Source: Hamiltosporidium tvaerminnensis FI-OER-3-3
Lineage: Eukaryota > Fungi > Microsporidia
NCBI GenBank assembly: GCA_022605425.2
Contig: CM061250.1
Span: forward strand, 124,001 to 188,000
DNA: 64,000 nt
Reading direction: 5' to 3'
The translations under genes and the position numbers were made by a program. Of the stretch, positions 26,365 to 39,688 are shown one piece after another. The stretch's first letter is position 1; every line of letters begins with the position of its first letter. The notes under the pieces were generated by a model. It was not told where the DNA came from. It saw nothing but the letters and a program-made list of their open reading frames with translations, and did not search any database.

Positions 26365-27806
26365 ATTATTTAATAAAATTCTGGGTTAAAATATTTTTAA
26401 CATTTTTATATGTTTTCTTCTACCTCTTTAACCACTATTGTCTCTTCTTCCAAATCCGACTCTTCATTTATGTTATTGGTCGGTTCCTCTAAAGTGGTTC
26501 CTCCTTGTAAAATAAAGGGTGCTTTATATTTTGGTTTAAAATTTTTTTCACCATCTTCCTCTGTTTTCGATTCTTTTAAAGGGGGTATTGGTTCCTCATG
26601 CATCTCTGATCTCATAATAACACCCATTGACGCTCTCTCCCAGCTCTCTTCGGCATTTAGTCCTGACTCGAGTCCTCTTCGTTGATCAAAGGAAATTGTT
26701 TCGACTGTTTTCTTAAGTATAATAGACTGAATGTATGCCTCTGAATTCATGGATATTTCTAGTCTTTTAAGATGAGATTTATGGTATTTTGTCACAATAC
26801 CGTCCCAGGTCATCACATAAGGGATTATCTCAACACTACACTTATAAATAAGACCCAACTCATTGGCTAGCAGGTCATACTTCCTAAGTTTTTCAGTTTC
26901 AACTATTTGAAGTGAATCTTGGGAAGTGATACCTGCTTCAATGAGTGTTATCTTATTCTTCTTCTTATCTAAAATATATATGTCGGGTCTGTTATTCCGA
27001 ATTTTAACATCAGTTTTTATTCTGAGGTCCACTCTTATCTCTGCATACTTATTATCAAGAATTTCTTGAACTGAGTGACTCCTAATTCGTTTTGAGGACT
27101 TAAACTTATATCTATTTAAGAGAAGTAAGTGTAGGCATCTAACCACTTCATTATGCCGTCTGGTATAGTCATTGCCTAGCATTTTTTCGCATCTAGTTGC
27201 TAGATGATCCACAGTCTTACCAGACTTCCCGCAATGTTGACACACACCATCTGCACCCCAGAATACATTTCTATCCTGGATATAGCTGAACACAGCTTCA
27301 TTTCGTGGCCTAATATTTCCTCTCTTTAGCCATCTTGAAGAGTCACTAACACTCACAAGCTCATTTTTTCTTGCATTGAATAACTTTGAATGGAGTTTTC
27401 GTTTTTCTATTTTGTTATATAGTTTTGCAAGTTGAGCTTCTTCTAATTTTTTCTTAGTGATTTCTTCTACTAACCTGTACTTTACTTTTAAGAAGCCTTT
27501 TATTAGTGCAAGATGGGTTTTATTATTATTCTCCACCTCGAGGATTGCTGTTCGTCTCATTGATATTTCTTTACTTTTTTCAGACAATCCAAGAGTTGCA
27601 GAAGCATATGTTCGCTTCGCAACTCAACACTATGTAGGCCTCTTCCAAGTTCTACTCTAAGAAGGTATAGACGTTCTTTGCATCCTGGGCGTAGATGTAT
27701 TTTGTTCTTTACTAACACTGCACGCACCGCATCATCTAACTTAGAGAAGTCAGCCGGTTCTAGTTGGAGTGCACCTATATGATAGTTTAGTAAAGAAATT
27801 GCATGT
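26365..27806 (-). mobile_element. 5'-truncated R4-like non-LTR retrotransposon (RT thumb, CCHC knuckle, restriction-like endonuclease)
   Basis: CQHCGKSGKTVDHLATRC, YTRRHNEV, RPDIYILD..LIE..EKLRKY; frameshift near 27575; 3' UTR ttaacccagaattttattaaataat shared with the copy at 54 kb. Confidence 0.9.
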
Positions 27807-28149
27807 CCCATTAAGTTATATTTAATAAATTCTAAGATATTAAATACCTATTAAATCTATTTTCAATTTGTTTAAGTTATAAAGTGTAAGAAACATGTTT
27901 AACACTTATTATTCTTTTTTTTACTAAAAAAATACATGAAAAATATAATTCTCTTCTATTTCATTTTAATTTCTACTATTTTTTCATTTAAATTTCTTTG
28001 TAATTTATTTTATTCGTTTTTATATTTTATTTCGCATTAAAACAAAATTAAAAAAAATCTATTAAAGAAGAAAAATAAATTTATAGAAAGTAGAATAAAT
28101 TATTGAAAAAGAAAATGAAAAGAATAAATTTATAAATGTCAAAACACAG

Positions 28150-28437
28150 TACAAATTTCTTTAAAACTTTTAAATGTTGAATATAAGAATAAATTTATAG
28201 GTAATAAAACAATCTACAAATTTCTTTAAAAATTATAAAATGTTTAATATAAGAATAAATTTATAGGTAATAAAACAATCTGCAAATTTCTTTAAAAATT
28301 ATAAAATGTTGAATATAAGAATAAATTTATAGGTAATAAAACAATCTACAAATTTCTTTAAAAATTATAAAATGTTGAATATAAGAATAAATTTATAGGT
28401 AATAAAACAATCTACAAATTTCTTTAAAACTTATAAA
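28150..28437. repeat. 66-bp tandem repeat, about 4 copies
   Basis: Unit starts at 28175, 28241, 28307 and 28373. Confidence 0.9.
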
Positions 28438-28602
28438 AATTTCATATAAAATTCTCCTTAATTTTAATTGTTTTTATCCAATCATTTTATAAAAAGAAAG
28501 TACCCTTTAATTATAACAACCAATAATCTTAATGATGTTAAATTTTGATAATTGTTAATACAGGGGTTCTTATAAATAAAATAATTTTACAGGGGTTATA
28601 AA

Positions 28603-29808
28603 ATGGTAAGACATGACCGAACGGGAATGGTAGTTTCTAATTTTCAGTTAAGAGAAGATAGTGAAGAAAGTATTTTAGAAAATGAAGTGGGTGAAAATGA
28701 GTTGAATACGCTTACTGTACGGTCACTTTTGAATGAGAATTATGTCGATACAGAGAATGATGTGTTTTATAGAAATGAAAATGAAAATACAAATGTGGGT
28801 AAAAAAAAGAAGAAGGAAAAGAGAAAAAGAAGAAAACCGGATGAAACTAAGAGAGCGAGTACTGCCCCTCGAAAAATAGTAAATCTTCCTGCTTCTCAAC
28901 CCTACATCCGTATTGTAGATGGAGAAGAAAGACTTTGTTTTAAATACAATACTAAAGTAAGTGAATCTGCTTTGAATGCCATGCCACGAGCAGATCTTGA
29001 AGATAACGAATTTATTGTAAGATTTGATTTGGAAACCGTTGATATAGATAAATTAAATGAGAAATTCAAAGCAGATAATTGTGTCTATCCTCGGGCAAAT
29101 GTAACACCTGAATCTTATACAGGAAACAGATGGGAATATGAAACGGAATGTAATCGACTGGCATGGCAATTCGTTTCTTTAAACCCAATCCTTCTTTATG
29201 GAAAAAAAGGTCTGATTCAAAGGGCAGTAGATTCGTATCGTAATATTAACAAGCAAAGCAGAAGTAGAAGAGTTGTTAAACAAGACAAGGTAGGAAATAC
29301 TGTTATTAAGAGGAGACATTCAGATTCTGCTCCTTTGACTGTTAATCTGTATTGGACCGTTAAAGGACTGACAAGGAAGTGTAAGATAAGAGTAGATATT
29401 GAGGGTGTTAATTATGATAAGATTGATGAGGAATTTAAAGCTAAATATTCTGTTTTTGCAGATGAATTTGATGATCGGTCTTTTGGGTTGGAAAAATGGG
29501 AAAGTAAAAATATTGATAACGAATTGGCTGTTAAAATAGCATATTTAAATGTGGACAATACTTCGTTTTGGAATGCAGTAAAAGCAAATGATAAGATTAC
29601 TATGCTACGTAAAGCAGTAGAAGCTTATAAAAACAGAAGAGAAGATTATGATGATGAGGATGAAGAATGTAGAACTGATATTTCTGAGGTTGTTTCTAAG
29701 ACTTTAGATAAAACGTATGAGAATGAGGAAGATGAAGGTTTCGATGAAAATTTCTATTTTTTGGATTCTAAATCCAATAAATTTGCAGGAGAAAAAAATA
29801 TTTATTAA
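28603..29808 (+). CDS. Conserved fungal-type protein of unknown function with a basic NLS and an internally duplicated domain
   Basis: FKADNCVYPRA..Y.GNRWEYETECN..LNP..GKKGLIQRAVDSYRN motif; a degenerate second copy follows (IRVDIEGV..FKAKYSVF..AVEAYKN). Confidence 0.8.
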   Translation: MVRHDRTGMVVSNFQLREDSEESILENEVGENELNTLTVRSLLNENYVDTENDVFYRNENENTNVGKKKKKEKRKRRKPDETKRASTAPRKIVNLPASQPYIRIVDGEERLCFKYNTKVSESALNAMPRADLEDNEFIVRFDLETVDIDKLNEKFKADNCVYPRANVTPESYTGNRWEYETECNRLAWQFVSLNPILLYGKKGLIQRAVDSYRNINKQSRSRRVVKQDKVGNTVIKRRHSDSAPLTVNLYWTVKGLTRKCKIRVDIEGVNYDKIDEEFKAKYSVFADEFDDRSFGLEKWESKNIDNELAVKIAYLNVDNTSFWNAVKANDKITMLRKAVEAYKNRREDYDDEDEECRTDISEVVSKTLDKTYENEEDEGFDENFYFLDSKSNKFAGEKNIY

Positions 29809-29914
29809 AATATTTGGTTTCTTCTTTTTCATGCGTATTTTTTATATTTAAATTGTTAAATTTGAGTGAAATGGTAAATATATTGGGTATTAATTTATAC
29901 ATATGGATTTAGTG

Positions 29915-30350
29915 AATAAGAGGGTGTTAATTTAAATATTTACTTACTTTATGATTAAGGGGGTTTTAATTTAAATATTAGTATCTATGATGTATAAGAT
30001 GTTGATTTAAATATTAAGTACTGAGGGATTGAGGGTGTGTTAATTTAAAATTAAATTACATATTCAACAAGAGGGTTTTAATTTATATATCAAATTTCAT
30101 TATGAATAATAGGGTGTTAATTTAAATATAGTATCTATGATGTATAAGGGGGTGTTAATTTAAATATTAAGTACTGAGGGATTAAGGGGGTTTTAATTTA
30201 AATATCGAAGTATCTATGATGTATAAGATGTTAATTTATAGATTAAATTAGATATTGAATAAGAGGGTGTTAATTTAAATATCAAATTGTATTCTGAATA
30301 AGACGGTCTTAATTTTTCATTTAATTTATTCCTAATTAATGGGTGTTAGT
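29915..30350. repeat. Degenerate minisatellite with GGGTGTTAATTTAAAT core
   Basis: About 11-12 variant copies spaced ~35-40 bp, downstream of the 28603 gene. Confidence 0.75.
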
Positions 30351-31844
30351 TGTATAAAAAAAATAAAGGTCTTAGTAAAGAAATATATTTAAAAGAGATT
30401 AGTCGAATAAAAAAATACTTTTTGTGTTTTCATAATTTGAAAAAACGGAACTTTATGGAATTTCTAAAAATTGTAATTTATTTTTGATTTAGTGTTTGAT
30501 ACTTTATCAGTTGCTAACCCGTGGGAAAAAAAAACATAATTTAAATTCATCAAAAAAAATAAGAATAAAAAAAAGCGGTATTTCTCTTTAAGTTGCACTA
30601 GGTTTCTAATATAGTTTTTTATACTTTTATAAACTTCCATAGTTTCATAACTCGTAAATTTATTAGTCATTCATTCTTAAATTTAAGCCGCTTTAAAGAG
30701 GTTTCACAATAAAATTTGGAAATCTTTATTGATTAGCACATTATTTCATCGGTTCTGAGTGATTTTATCAAATTACTGATTTGATGCATTATATTTCTAT
30801 TCAATAAAGTTTACCATCTGTTTTTGTCTTATTTCGTTTCCATCTCGCTGGTATTTATTCTTTTAAAGTGTTATCTTAAAACAAAACACCTTATTTAGAC
30901 TGTGGTAAGATTTTTTTTGTTAATCTAAAGGATAGAAACTTCTTTGTAGTTTATAATATCTCGTAAGCCAATCAGTAAAAATTTTTATGAAATTATTAGA
31001 AGTATATATTTCAAAAGTCAAGGTCGTAAATGAAGTGATTAGTCAAATTCTAAGTAGAAACATGTATTCCAGTCTAATATTGTTTCTATTAATACAATTT
31101 GTAAAAAATTCAAAGCCTTAAAAAAGTTATATAAATAGCTTGTTTCTTTTAGAATTAAATTAGTTTTTGAATCGAAAAGTACATTTATAAATGCTTTTAT
31201 CATATTTATTGCAATCCGGAAAGTTTCTTTGCCAATAATAAATACAAATAATCATCATATCTAAAGCTTCGAAAGGTAATCATGTTTTTCTTTTGTATAC
31301 TATTATTATTGGTTGTGAACCGTTTATGAATATAATATAAGAGATATTGTTAATAGAAACTGTTTTTTGTCATACATTCGTTGATTAGTTCAACATTAAA
31401 ATTAGAGTCGGTCTCGCTTTTACAACATTATCTGATTATATAATAGACACATATATACAATAATATTTACAGTATCGAGTAAATTTAGTTTATAGTAATT
31501 ATAAATTTAATATAAACAAAATCTACTTTTTCATTTAAATATATTAGATATCTCTTAATAATAAATTTAATGCTTGAATTAAGATATAACTTAGTACGGT
31601 TCATACGCTAAAAATAGGAATCAATCGATTTTAGTATTTTTAAGGATAAAAGATATTAGTTTTTAGTTGCATTTATTAAGTATGTTAGTAAATATCGAAT
31701 GGCGTTGCTATATTTTAGAGTTCTCTCGTTATTGGATAAAGAGATATTGGATAGGAGATTCAAATGGTATCGGATAAAGTCTTTATATATTCATCTACAT
31801 TAATTTTTCATTATTACACTGAACTAGACGTCATGGTTAATTTG

Positions 31845-32030
31845 TTCTTATTATCCTTGGAATTGCAGCCTTGCGCGAGCCTTGGCAGTCTTCAGTACTA
31901 CTGCCCCTTACCCGGTCTTTTGTTCTTTGGGTTTTTTTACCTTTTCGGGTTTCGTAACAAGGTGGCTTTAAAGAGAGGGTTGTTTGCCCTAACCCAACCC
32001 CAACTAGAGGACCAGTCGCTATTAGTCGAT
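31845..32030 (-). mobile_element. Bipartite RTE-like retroposon, diverged copy 2
   Basis: Shares atccttgg..cagcc.tgcgcgagccttggc and gccct..cccaaccc..gga.cagtc..ttagtcg with 9002-9240. Confidence 0.7.
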
Positions 32031-33549
32031 TTGCTCGTATATTGATACAACTTTTATACTACAAATTTTTAAATAAAACCGATTAGACTTATGTCTAGAA
32101 CCGACCCCGGAGGGTTCTTATGCTTGGATAACACTTAATCATATAATCTAATAAATAATTTATAAAAATATATTTTAACTTTATATGATAGTATAGGAAA
32201 TGATAGATTTAAATTTTATCTCGAAGCTTAGTAAAATCTGTACGTAATTGGCTTAATTACTATTTAAAAAAAATTAGTATTTCTAGGGACATATAAGATT
32301 AAAAAAATTAATTTGTCTAAAATTGTTTATGTTTTTACCCTAATATAGAAATATTTGTGATAGATGAAAAATCGCTGCAAACATTTCATACAAACGAATA
32401 TGCTTTTTTAATATATACTTTTCAAATATAAAGGTTAGATTTAATTTACATTTTATTATTCAAGAAGATACCCAATTTAAAATTAATTAGCAAAACTAAG
32501 ATGCAAGTATTCTAACTAAGTATAAATGAATATCTTTTTGATACCGTGGTTAAATCAAAATAATTTATACTCTTGACTTATTGTATCTTTTATAAACTAT
32601 ATCTTGTGAAAGTGTAATGACCGAATAGCACTTCTATAAATACTTGTGACTTATAGAAATTAGAAAAATTAATATTATATTTCAATTCAATCGATTTTAC
32701 ATGTTAAATATTACCGAATGTTATAGCATAGGTATCAATTTTGGGTTCTAATCTAAAAAGAAATTACAAGCATGTGATATACTCGCGATCTTCATAGTTT
32801 TACTCCGTTTTTCTATAATTCTAATTTATAAAATAGAAAGCGAATTTAGAGAAACTAGTTCTTTTTTACTTAATAAAAATATAAGAAAAGTTGTATTTTC
32901 ATTCTATATGAATATAATAACCAGTTCAAAATTTTGAATTTCTTTTTTGCAATATTTTAATAATATTTCAGTATTATTGTTTGATTTTTCAAAGCTATCT
33001 TTGTGTAATTAAAACAAAATCATATATTTTTCCCTGTTTGATTGTAAAGTTAAGAAACTCATTGTAAAATAATAATTTTATTACCAATAATAGAAATGTA
33101 ATGTTTATTTAATGTTCTTAAATTGTAAACCAAAAAATTTTATTAAAATAATTTTTCCTTGATTTATTTTTAGATTAAAAACGGATTTAAAAATTTCGAC
33201 TAATTCATAATTACAAATTTTATTTTAAAAATATACTAACGGATTTTGTAAATAAAAAAGATACAAATAATACTTTAATCGAAAAAATATTATAGAATAA
33301 ATTTTTATCATAACTGAAATTTTTTTTGACCTTTCAAATAATAGTAGATAAATTTAATTTGACCAATAGGAAGCTTTTTCTGATTTATAATAAAATTATG
33401 ATTTATAATTTACTGTGATATTTAGAGATAAAATCTTTACAATTTTGGTTCTTATTTTTCTATAAAAGGAAATGATTAAGTTCTATAAATGATTAAATAT
33501 ATTTTTTAAATTATTTTAAAAAAAATAATGAGTAAACCATCATATAAAA

Positions 33550-35166
33550 ATGAACCGTATGAGTTTATATTTTTGTTTACTTGGTCAGTTGTTTGGAAGT
33601 ACCGATTCATTATCTCAAGATTTTTATATTGGAAAGAAAATTAGTGTTTCGAACAATTTAAAAATCCTTCATTCATGGGAAATACAAGAAGTTCTTGGTC
33701 AAGGAGAATACGGTTGTGTATACAAAGTATATGACAGTATATCAAAAGAAACATATGCAATGAAAGTACAGTGTAATGATTTAATAGAAAGTTTACAAAT
33801 GGAAAAGTCAATTTATGAAAATTTTTCATCTGAATACCTACTGAAATATTATGGCACATATACCTACAAAAATTGGACAATATTATTACTTGAATATTGT
33901 TCGACAACTTTAGAAGACTTTTTAAAATCTTCTGTTAAATACATTGTGAAAGTAGGATTAATTAAGAATGTTATTTTTGCTTTAAGATTTTTACATGATA
34001 ATAGAATAATTCATAACGATTTAAAAGCTAATAATATTATGGTTACAAATAATTTAAAATGTAAAATTTTTGATTTTGGTATTTCATGTTACGAAACAGC
34101 AACCAAACATATATTTTACAATCTGGTAGATGGACGAAATCCCTGTTATTCGTATATTTCTCCGGAAGTACGAGCTCGCGTTGTTGGATATAATTGTAAT
34201 TCTGATATATGGAGTCTTGGTGCTTTGGTTAATAATATTTTTTTAAACGTATCCAGTAATATAAGCATGATGAATTTTAATCCAAATAATACACCAGGAA
34301 ATTTTTTATACTCAATGTTAAACACTCGTTCATATGATAGACCATCTTCTGATTTGCTAATATATCATGAGTTTTTTGATCCACTTTACGGTTTCTTAGA
34401 TTACCTGATTGACCTAAAAAACTTTTATATTTATCTACCTGACAATATTATGTTCATTAAAAAAGACAATTATTTTGAAATAAAATATAAAAATCTTTCC
34501 ATTTCTTTGTTGCATTTTTCTACTATGTATGCTAAAAAGACAATAGATGATGGAATACAAAAACTTACTGTAAAAAAATACACTACTCTTGTTCAAAACT
34601 CATATAAACCTCGATTTTTATTTTCAAAATATAGATTTTACATGATTAGTACAGATCGAAAATATTATTTTTCTATAGTAGAATTGGATTTTTACGTACT
34701 AGATTTATTGGAAAATATTGTTAATTATTGTCGAGACAAAGTTCTCGGATTCAAATCAAAAAACAGTTTTAACTACAAAAATTTCGTAGAGAATCTATTT
34801 CAAGCAATACAAGAAACAAAGTACTTAAACAATATTAATAGAAAGAGTACTCTATGTTTTAAATATCGCAAAGAAAAAGAAAATTGGAAAAATATAAAAA
34901 GTGAATCTATAGCGAGAGAAACTCATTTACGTAACAGAAAATTCACAAGTATGACGCAAATTAATAGCGGAGGTGTTCCTTATGCTAATCAAAGTGCAAA
35001 CATCGGTATATCTCATGTATATGCTCCAGTAAACAGGACTGCTAATATACCTGATTCGGCATTACACAATGAAGAATTACAAAATTTTTCTGAAAATTAT
35101 GCTAAATCTAGATCTTCTAGAGCAAAAAGAAGATCTGGATGGTTTTCTTTGTGTGTTACGCGTTAA
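33550..35166 (+). CDS. Ser/Thr protein kinase with a possible N-terminal signal peptide and a novel C-terminal domain
   Basis: GQGEYG, AMK, HNDLKANN, DFG, SPE, DIWSLG. Confidence 0.9.
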   Translation: MNRMSLYFCLLGQLFGSTDSLSQDFYIGKKISVSNNLKILHSWEIQEVLGQGEYGCVYKVYDSISKETYAMKVQCNDLIESLQMEKSIYENFSSEYLLKYYGTYTYKNWTILLLEYCSTTLEDFLKSSVKYIVKVGLIKNVIFALRFLHDNRIIHNDLKANNIMVTNNLKCKIFDFGISCYETATKHIFYNLVDGRNPCYSYISPEVRARVVGYNCNSDIWSLGALVNNIFLNVSSNISMMNFNPNNTPGNFLYSMLNTRSYDRPSSDLLIYHEFFDPLYGFLDYLIDLKNFYIYLPDNIMFIKKDNYFEIKYKNLSISLLHFSTMYAKKTIDDGIQKLTVKKYTTLVQNSYKPRFLFSKYRFYMISTDRKYYFSIVELDFYVLDLLENIVNYCRDKVLGFKSKNSFNYKNFVENLFQAIQETKYLNNINRKSTLCFKYRKEKENWKNIKSESIARETHLRNRKFTSMTQINSGGVPYANQSANIGISHVYAPVNRTANIPDSALHNEELQNFSENYAKSRSSRAKRRSGWFSLCVTR

Positions 35167-36013
35167 TATTTGCTAACAAAATTATTTTTAAAGTAAATTT
35201 ATTATTTTTTTTCTCTTTATATTAAAAATTTCCAAATTAATATTCATTAGATTGGTAATGTGTTTATAGAAACTGTGTTTTTTATTTTAATCTCATAAAT
35301 AACTATTGGTAGATACTTTAATTTTCTGATAAAGAGTCAATTCAAATCTTTTAAAACTATAAAAAAAATTTATATCTTATATATTTAACCGAAATAAAAA
35401 ATAGCTTAAAGCATTATCTTTAATATCAAAAAATCTATTTGTTTTGATTTAACTCGTTTCCTATTTTCGCTAGCTATTATATTTAAGTTTCATATGAAAA
35501 GTTAAATTCATATTATACTAATTTAAATGAATTTTTAAATTGAATAAAAAAATCCTCTTGTTTAAAAATAATTTAACCTTGTGAACTAAGACAATTCGAA
35601 AACTGCTTAATTAACAAATAAAATATCATTTCATATTAGCATTTCAAAGGCAAGCCAGCTGTTAAGAAGTTATGTTTTATTCGTAAAACAAAATTTGGTT
35701 TTTAAAAAGGTTCTATTACTCCAAACACGTTTCTTTCCTTACTCTTATCAAAATAAACACCTTTGATCACAATATTACTATAATATTATGATTATATATG
35801 AGCAATAAGGCATCATGGTTTATATTTTAATCGTCTATATAATTTTAAATACATAAAACATCTGAAATGTATTTCATCACAAACATAGAAACTTTTTTAG
35901 TATATAATCTGTACTAAATGAAGCTCTAGTATTCAACTAAACTATATATATTCGAATAATATTTGCGCTGATTTGACTTTAATATTCTATAAATTTATTT
36001 ATTTATATATTTT

Positions 36014-36690
36014 TGTAGTGGATGGAAGATACCACATAAAAAACTATCTATTTGATAATGAGCATGAGAAATTGATGTATAAACAATGTTTGGATTTTTC
36101 TTGAGAATAAAACTACACTGTATCCTCGATTATTAATCGGAATTTGTACAAGGAGGAGAAGTTTTACGAAATGATAAAACCTTTTCTACAAATTTATTTC
36201 AGTTCTTATATAACTGAATCACAGACTGAAACTGAACAGGAAGGTTAATACCATGTAAAAGCATGAAAACCTAGCTTTACTCACAGGAGTTTGAAGATTT
36301 AACGCCTGTGAGATATAAAAATAAAGTTCTTTAAAGGTGGGAAAGCTGGGTAGCAAGTTTTTTCTGTTTTTATGACATTTATTGTCTATTTCATATCATG
36401 TAAGTCTTAGAGATGTATCTTAGCTAGAAATTTTATGGTTCAAAAAGCATAGAATAAGTAGCAATGCTGCATAGTCTCGTGCTAGCCCAGTGTGGTTTCG
36501 GCTTAAGATCACACTCGATGCAACTGACATTACAAACTCGGGCAACTGCCTAGCCTATTAATTAAGTTCCAAACACCTGATAGATTAAAGGCTTTAGAAT
36601 ATTGATATCGAGAAAGTATCGATGGATATTTGGTAAGAGTTATTTATGTTAACCTTAGAACTACGCTAAAGTTATGAAAACAAATGTAAA
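36014..36690 (+). mobile_element. ~690-bp dispersed repeat (probable solo LTR), copy 2
   Basis: Reverse-complement match to 54128-54823 (ccatgtaaaagcatgaaaacctagc, atgctgcatagtc, gggcaactgcct, agttatttatgttaa). Confidence 0.75.
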
Positions 36691-37672
36691 AATATGTGAT
36701 ATACTTTATACATATTTATATTTTTTCTTAAAATGTTTTATAATTTTTCTTTATTATATATTTAACAATACTTTTAAATAATAATTTTTACATTTTTTAA
36801 TATTCAAAAATCAATAATAAAAATTTTAAAACATTTTTAAATACCATAACTCATAAAATATATGTTAAATTTAGGTCAAATCATATTAAAGTACATTTTC
36901 CACTTATAAAGTACATAAAATTTATTAAAATATAATGGATGTTATGTTATACATTTCAAGCGAATATTTAATAGATTAGTTCTATTTAGCTTTAATATGA
37001 AAACACTGATTGTTATTCTACTAAATATTTTTCGATTTAGACTTTCATATGTACAATTCAAAATAAAACCAAAAAAATTATTGAGACTACAATCCAAATT
37101 GGAAATATATCTATCAAGAAAATTTTGCTAATACACCTTAATAGGATTATAAATTTATATTTATTTGCTTTACAAATCTTTCATTCAAACTCTACGTGTT
37201 CCATTTGCTTCTAGAACAAAATTATCTGTTTATTCTAAATGATTCCAATGAACATTTCGATTTTAATTTTTTTCTCCGTATCTATTTTCAAATATCTATT
37301 GGACAGATATAGGGTTGATGTTATTTTCTAAACAAATTAAATAAATATATATTCTGGAAACTCATAGATTTACACACAACCACAATAAAGTCGTTCAGCA
37401 TCATAAATAATACTTATATTAAATATATTATCACTTAATATTATGGGGAAAAAATTTTTATCATTTTGTATAGATTATAAACTTTACTCTCATCCTTTAT
37501 TTCATATTTACTTACACATTTTTTTATAAAACCATTAAGTTTCTTTAATAAATTAAGAACACACGTATGATACAGAAAGTACCTAACATAACACCTGAAA
37601 CATCTTTAAAACCAAGTATCACAATGTTTACACATTTTTCTATAAAACAATACTAAACAAATAAACAAAAAC

Positions 37673-39187
37673 ATGTTGCTATTCATCCACTTCTACAGCA
37701 TTCTATCCGAGATATTAGAAACATGTACCTTGCCAGAGAATGCACCTACAAATATCGTCCTTAAAAAATTCTACCGCGAAACCTGTCCACACTGCCAAAG
37801 ACTTGCACCATTAATTGAAGAAATAGGTGTTCGTCTTGAACGTAGCAATACACCAATTACAATTCAATCTGTTGATTGTGGTAAATGTGAGTGTTCTAAA
37901 GAAGAAATCGATGCAGTTCCTCAGCTCATTCTTTATAAAAACAATGAAGAAGTAGGAAGAATGAAAGGATATAAAGAATTTGATGAGATTGTCACTTTTT
38001 TAACCCAAAATACCGATATAAATCCTAAAATATTCAAACATCGTATTAAAAAACACCCTGGCCAAGTAGTAAGATTGAGAGAAAGAGATTTTTATACTGG
38101 ATTCGACGGCCCCTGGGTTATTTTGTTTTACACTTCTAAAGATAGCCACCTCCGAGAAATTTTAAGTGAAGTCAGTAAAATTTACAGTGAAAAATTGAAC
38201 GTAGGTGAAATTCCCAGTTCTGAAACACAAAACCTTACCCATCGTTTTAATATACAATCCTATCCTGTTCTACTTATATTATATAATGGCATAAACATGG
38301 TATACAACCATAAAATGGATTTACCTACTCTCTCAGACTATGTAGATGAACTACTTGAACCAAGTTTTAAAGAATTAACTCTCGATGCCTTTAATACCAC
38401 AATAAAAAACCGTAAAATAGGCGATCCTATTTTTATAGTATTTAACACAAACCTTAGCCTAGCAAATAGCTATTTCAGACAAGCAGCCCATGAATACAAA
38501 ATGAAAGCAAAAATTTACAAAACCTCAGATCCTGATTTATTTCAAAAAGCAAATATATTTCCAAAAAAGGAAATAGAAAACACAAATGAAACAAAAGAGA
38601 TAGAACACGTTAAAGATGAGGATATGGTGATATTAGCAGTTTATCGCAACGGTATCTTCCACCAATGTCCAGAAAAATTGTCAAACGGTTATAAAATAAG
38701 TGAATGGATATTCCATGCTCATTTCCCACACATAACAATAATAAACAACGATAATTTCTTTACAATATTCCACGGACTTAAACCAGCAGTAATACTATTG
38801 ACTAGAGAAGAGGAATTGGTAGACCAATTTGAAAAACTTTCTGCCAACCGCCATATAGGATTACCTTTCTCAGAAAAAGTATACGGTGTTATAAACGTGG
38901 ATGATTATCCATTGTTTATACCTTCTCTTGTTCCCAACTTACCAGTACCAAGTGTCTTCATTTACAATCCTTTCAAACAGTATTTCTATGCCCAAAGAAT
39001 TCTTTTGAATGAAAATAATTTTAATGATTTTGTTGAAGAACTTATTGAGAAATATGACGAGAATAAGCTAAAACCTTATCCACCTAAGAAAAGTTACATT
39101 ATGAGTTATTTAATGGTATTAGGTGTTATTATAGGAATAGGGCTGTTATTATTAAAGAAAGGTGTTGCTACTAAGAAAAGTGACTAA
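37673..39187 (+). CDS. Membrane-anchored protein disulfide isomerase (multi-thioredoxin, Eps1/TMX-like)
   Basis: Signal peptide, CPHC active site, thioredoxin repeats, C-terminal TM, KKSD (KKxx) ER retrieval signal. Confidence 0.85.
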   Translation: MLLFIHFYSILSEILETCTLPENAPTNIVLKKFYRETCPHCQRLAPLIEEIGVRLERSNTPITIQSVDCGKCECSKEEIDAVPQLILYKNNEEVGRMKGYKEFDEIVTFLTQNTDINPKIFKHRIKKHPGQVVRLRERDFYTGFDGPWVILFYTSKDSHLREILSEVSKIYSEKLNVGEIPSSETQNLTHRFNIQSYPVLLILYNGINMVYNHKMDLPTLSDYVDELLEPSFKELTLDAFNTTIKNRKIGDPIFIVFNTNLSLANSYFRQAAHEYKMKAKIYKTSDPDLFQKANIFPKKEIENTNETKEIEHVKDEDMVILAVYRNGIFHQCPEKLSNGYKISEWIFHAHFPHITIINNDNFFTIFHGLKPAVILLTREEELVDQFEKLSANRHIGLPFSEKVYGVINVDDYPLFIPSLVPNLPVPSVFIYNPFKQYFYAQRILLNENNFNDFVEELIEKYDENKLKPYPPKKSYIMSYLMVLGVIIGIGLLLLKKGVATKKSD

Positions 39188-39688
39188 AAAGTGCTTATAA
39201 CAAGAGATATATAAGAGGGTGGTAATAATAAGAGATATAAGAGGGTGTTAAGATAGGAGACTATTAAAGTTACTGATAATAAGATTCTTTGTTTTTAAAA
39301 TATTTATTTTTCTAAAATTATTCAATGAATAGGAGATGATAATATAAATTTTACCTTAAAGTTTTATTTTTATAATAATTTAAGTTATTTTAAATAACAA
39401 CTATAGAATAAGTAAATGTATTCTAAATCCTGTCCTATAACTAATCACTCTTTTGACTACATGTATCAACTAATTCCATTTAATTTTATTCTTTGTGTTT
39501 TTTGTATTTTAATTCCCTTTTATTCTTTTTTTATCTTTCTTTATACTATTATATTTTCCTTTTATATACTCATTTTATTTCCGTTTTATTCTTTTTTAAT
39601 TTTTTTTTCAAATTCCCTTTTTTATACTCATTTTAATTCCCCTATAATTATTTTGTTGTACTCTTTTTAATTCCCCTATAATTTTTTT

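Noticed and set aside
28150-28437. Tandem arrays (66, 70 and 94 bp) as CRISPR arrays
   Set aside because: No unique spacers, no cas genes, eukaryotic context
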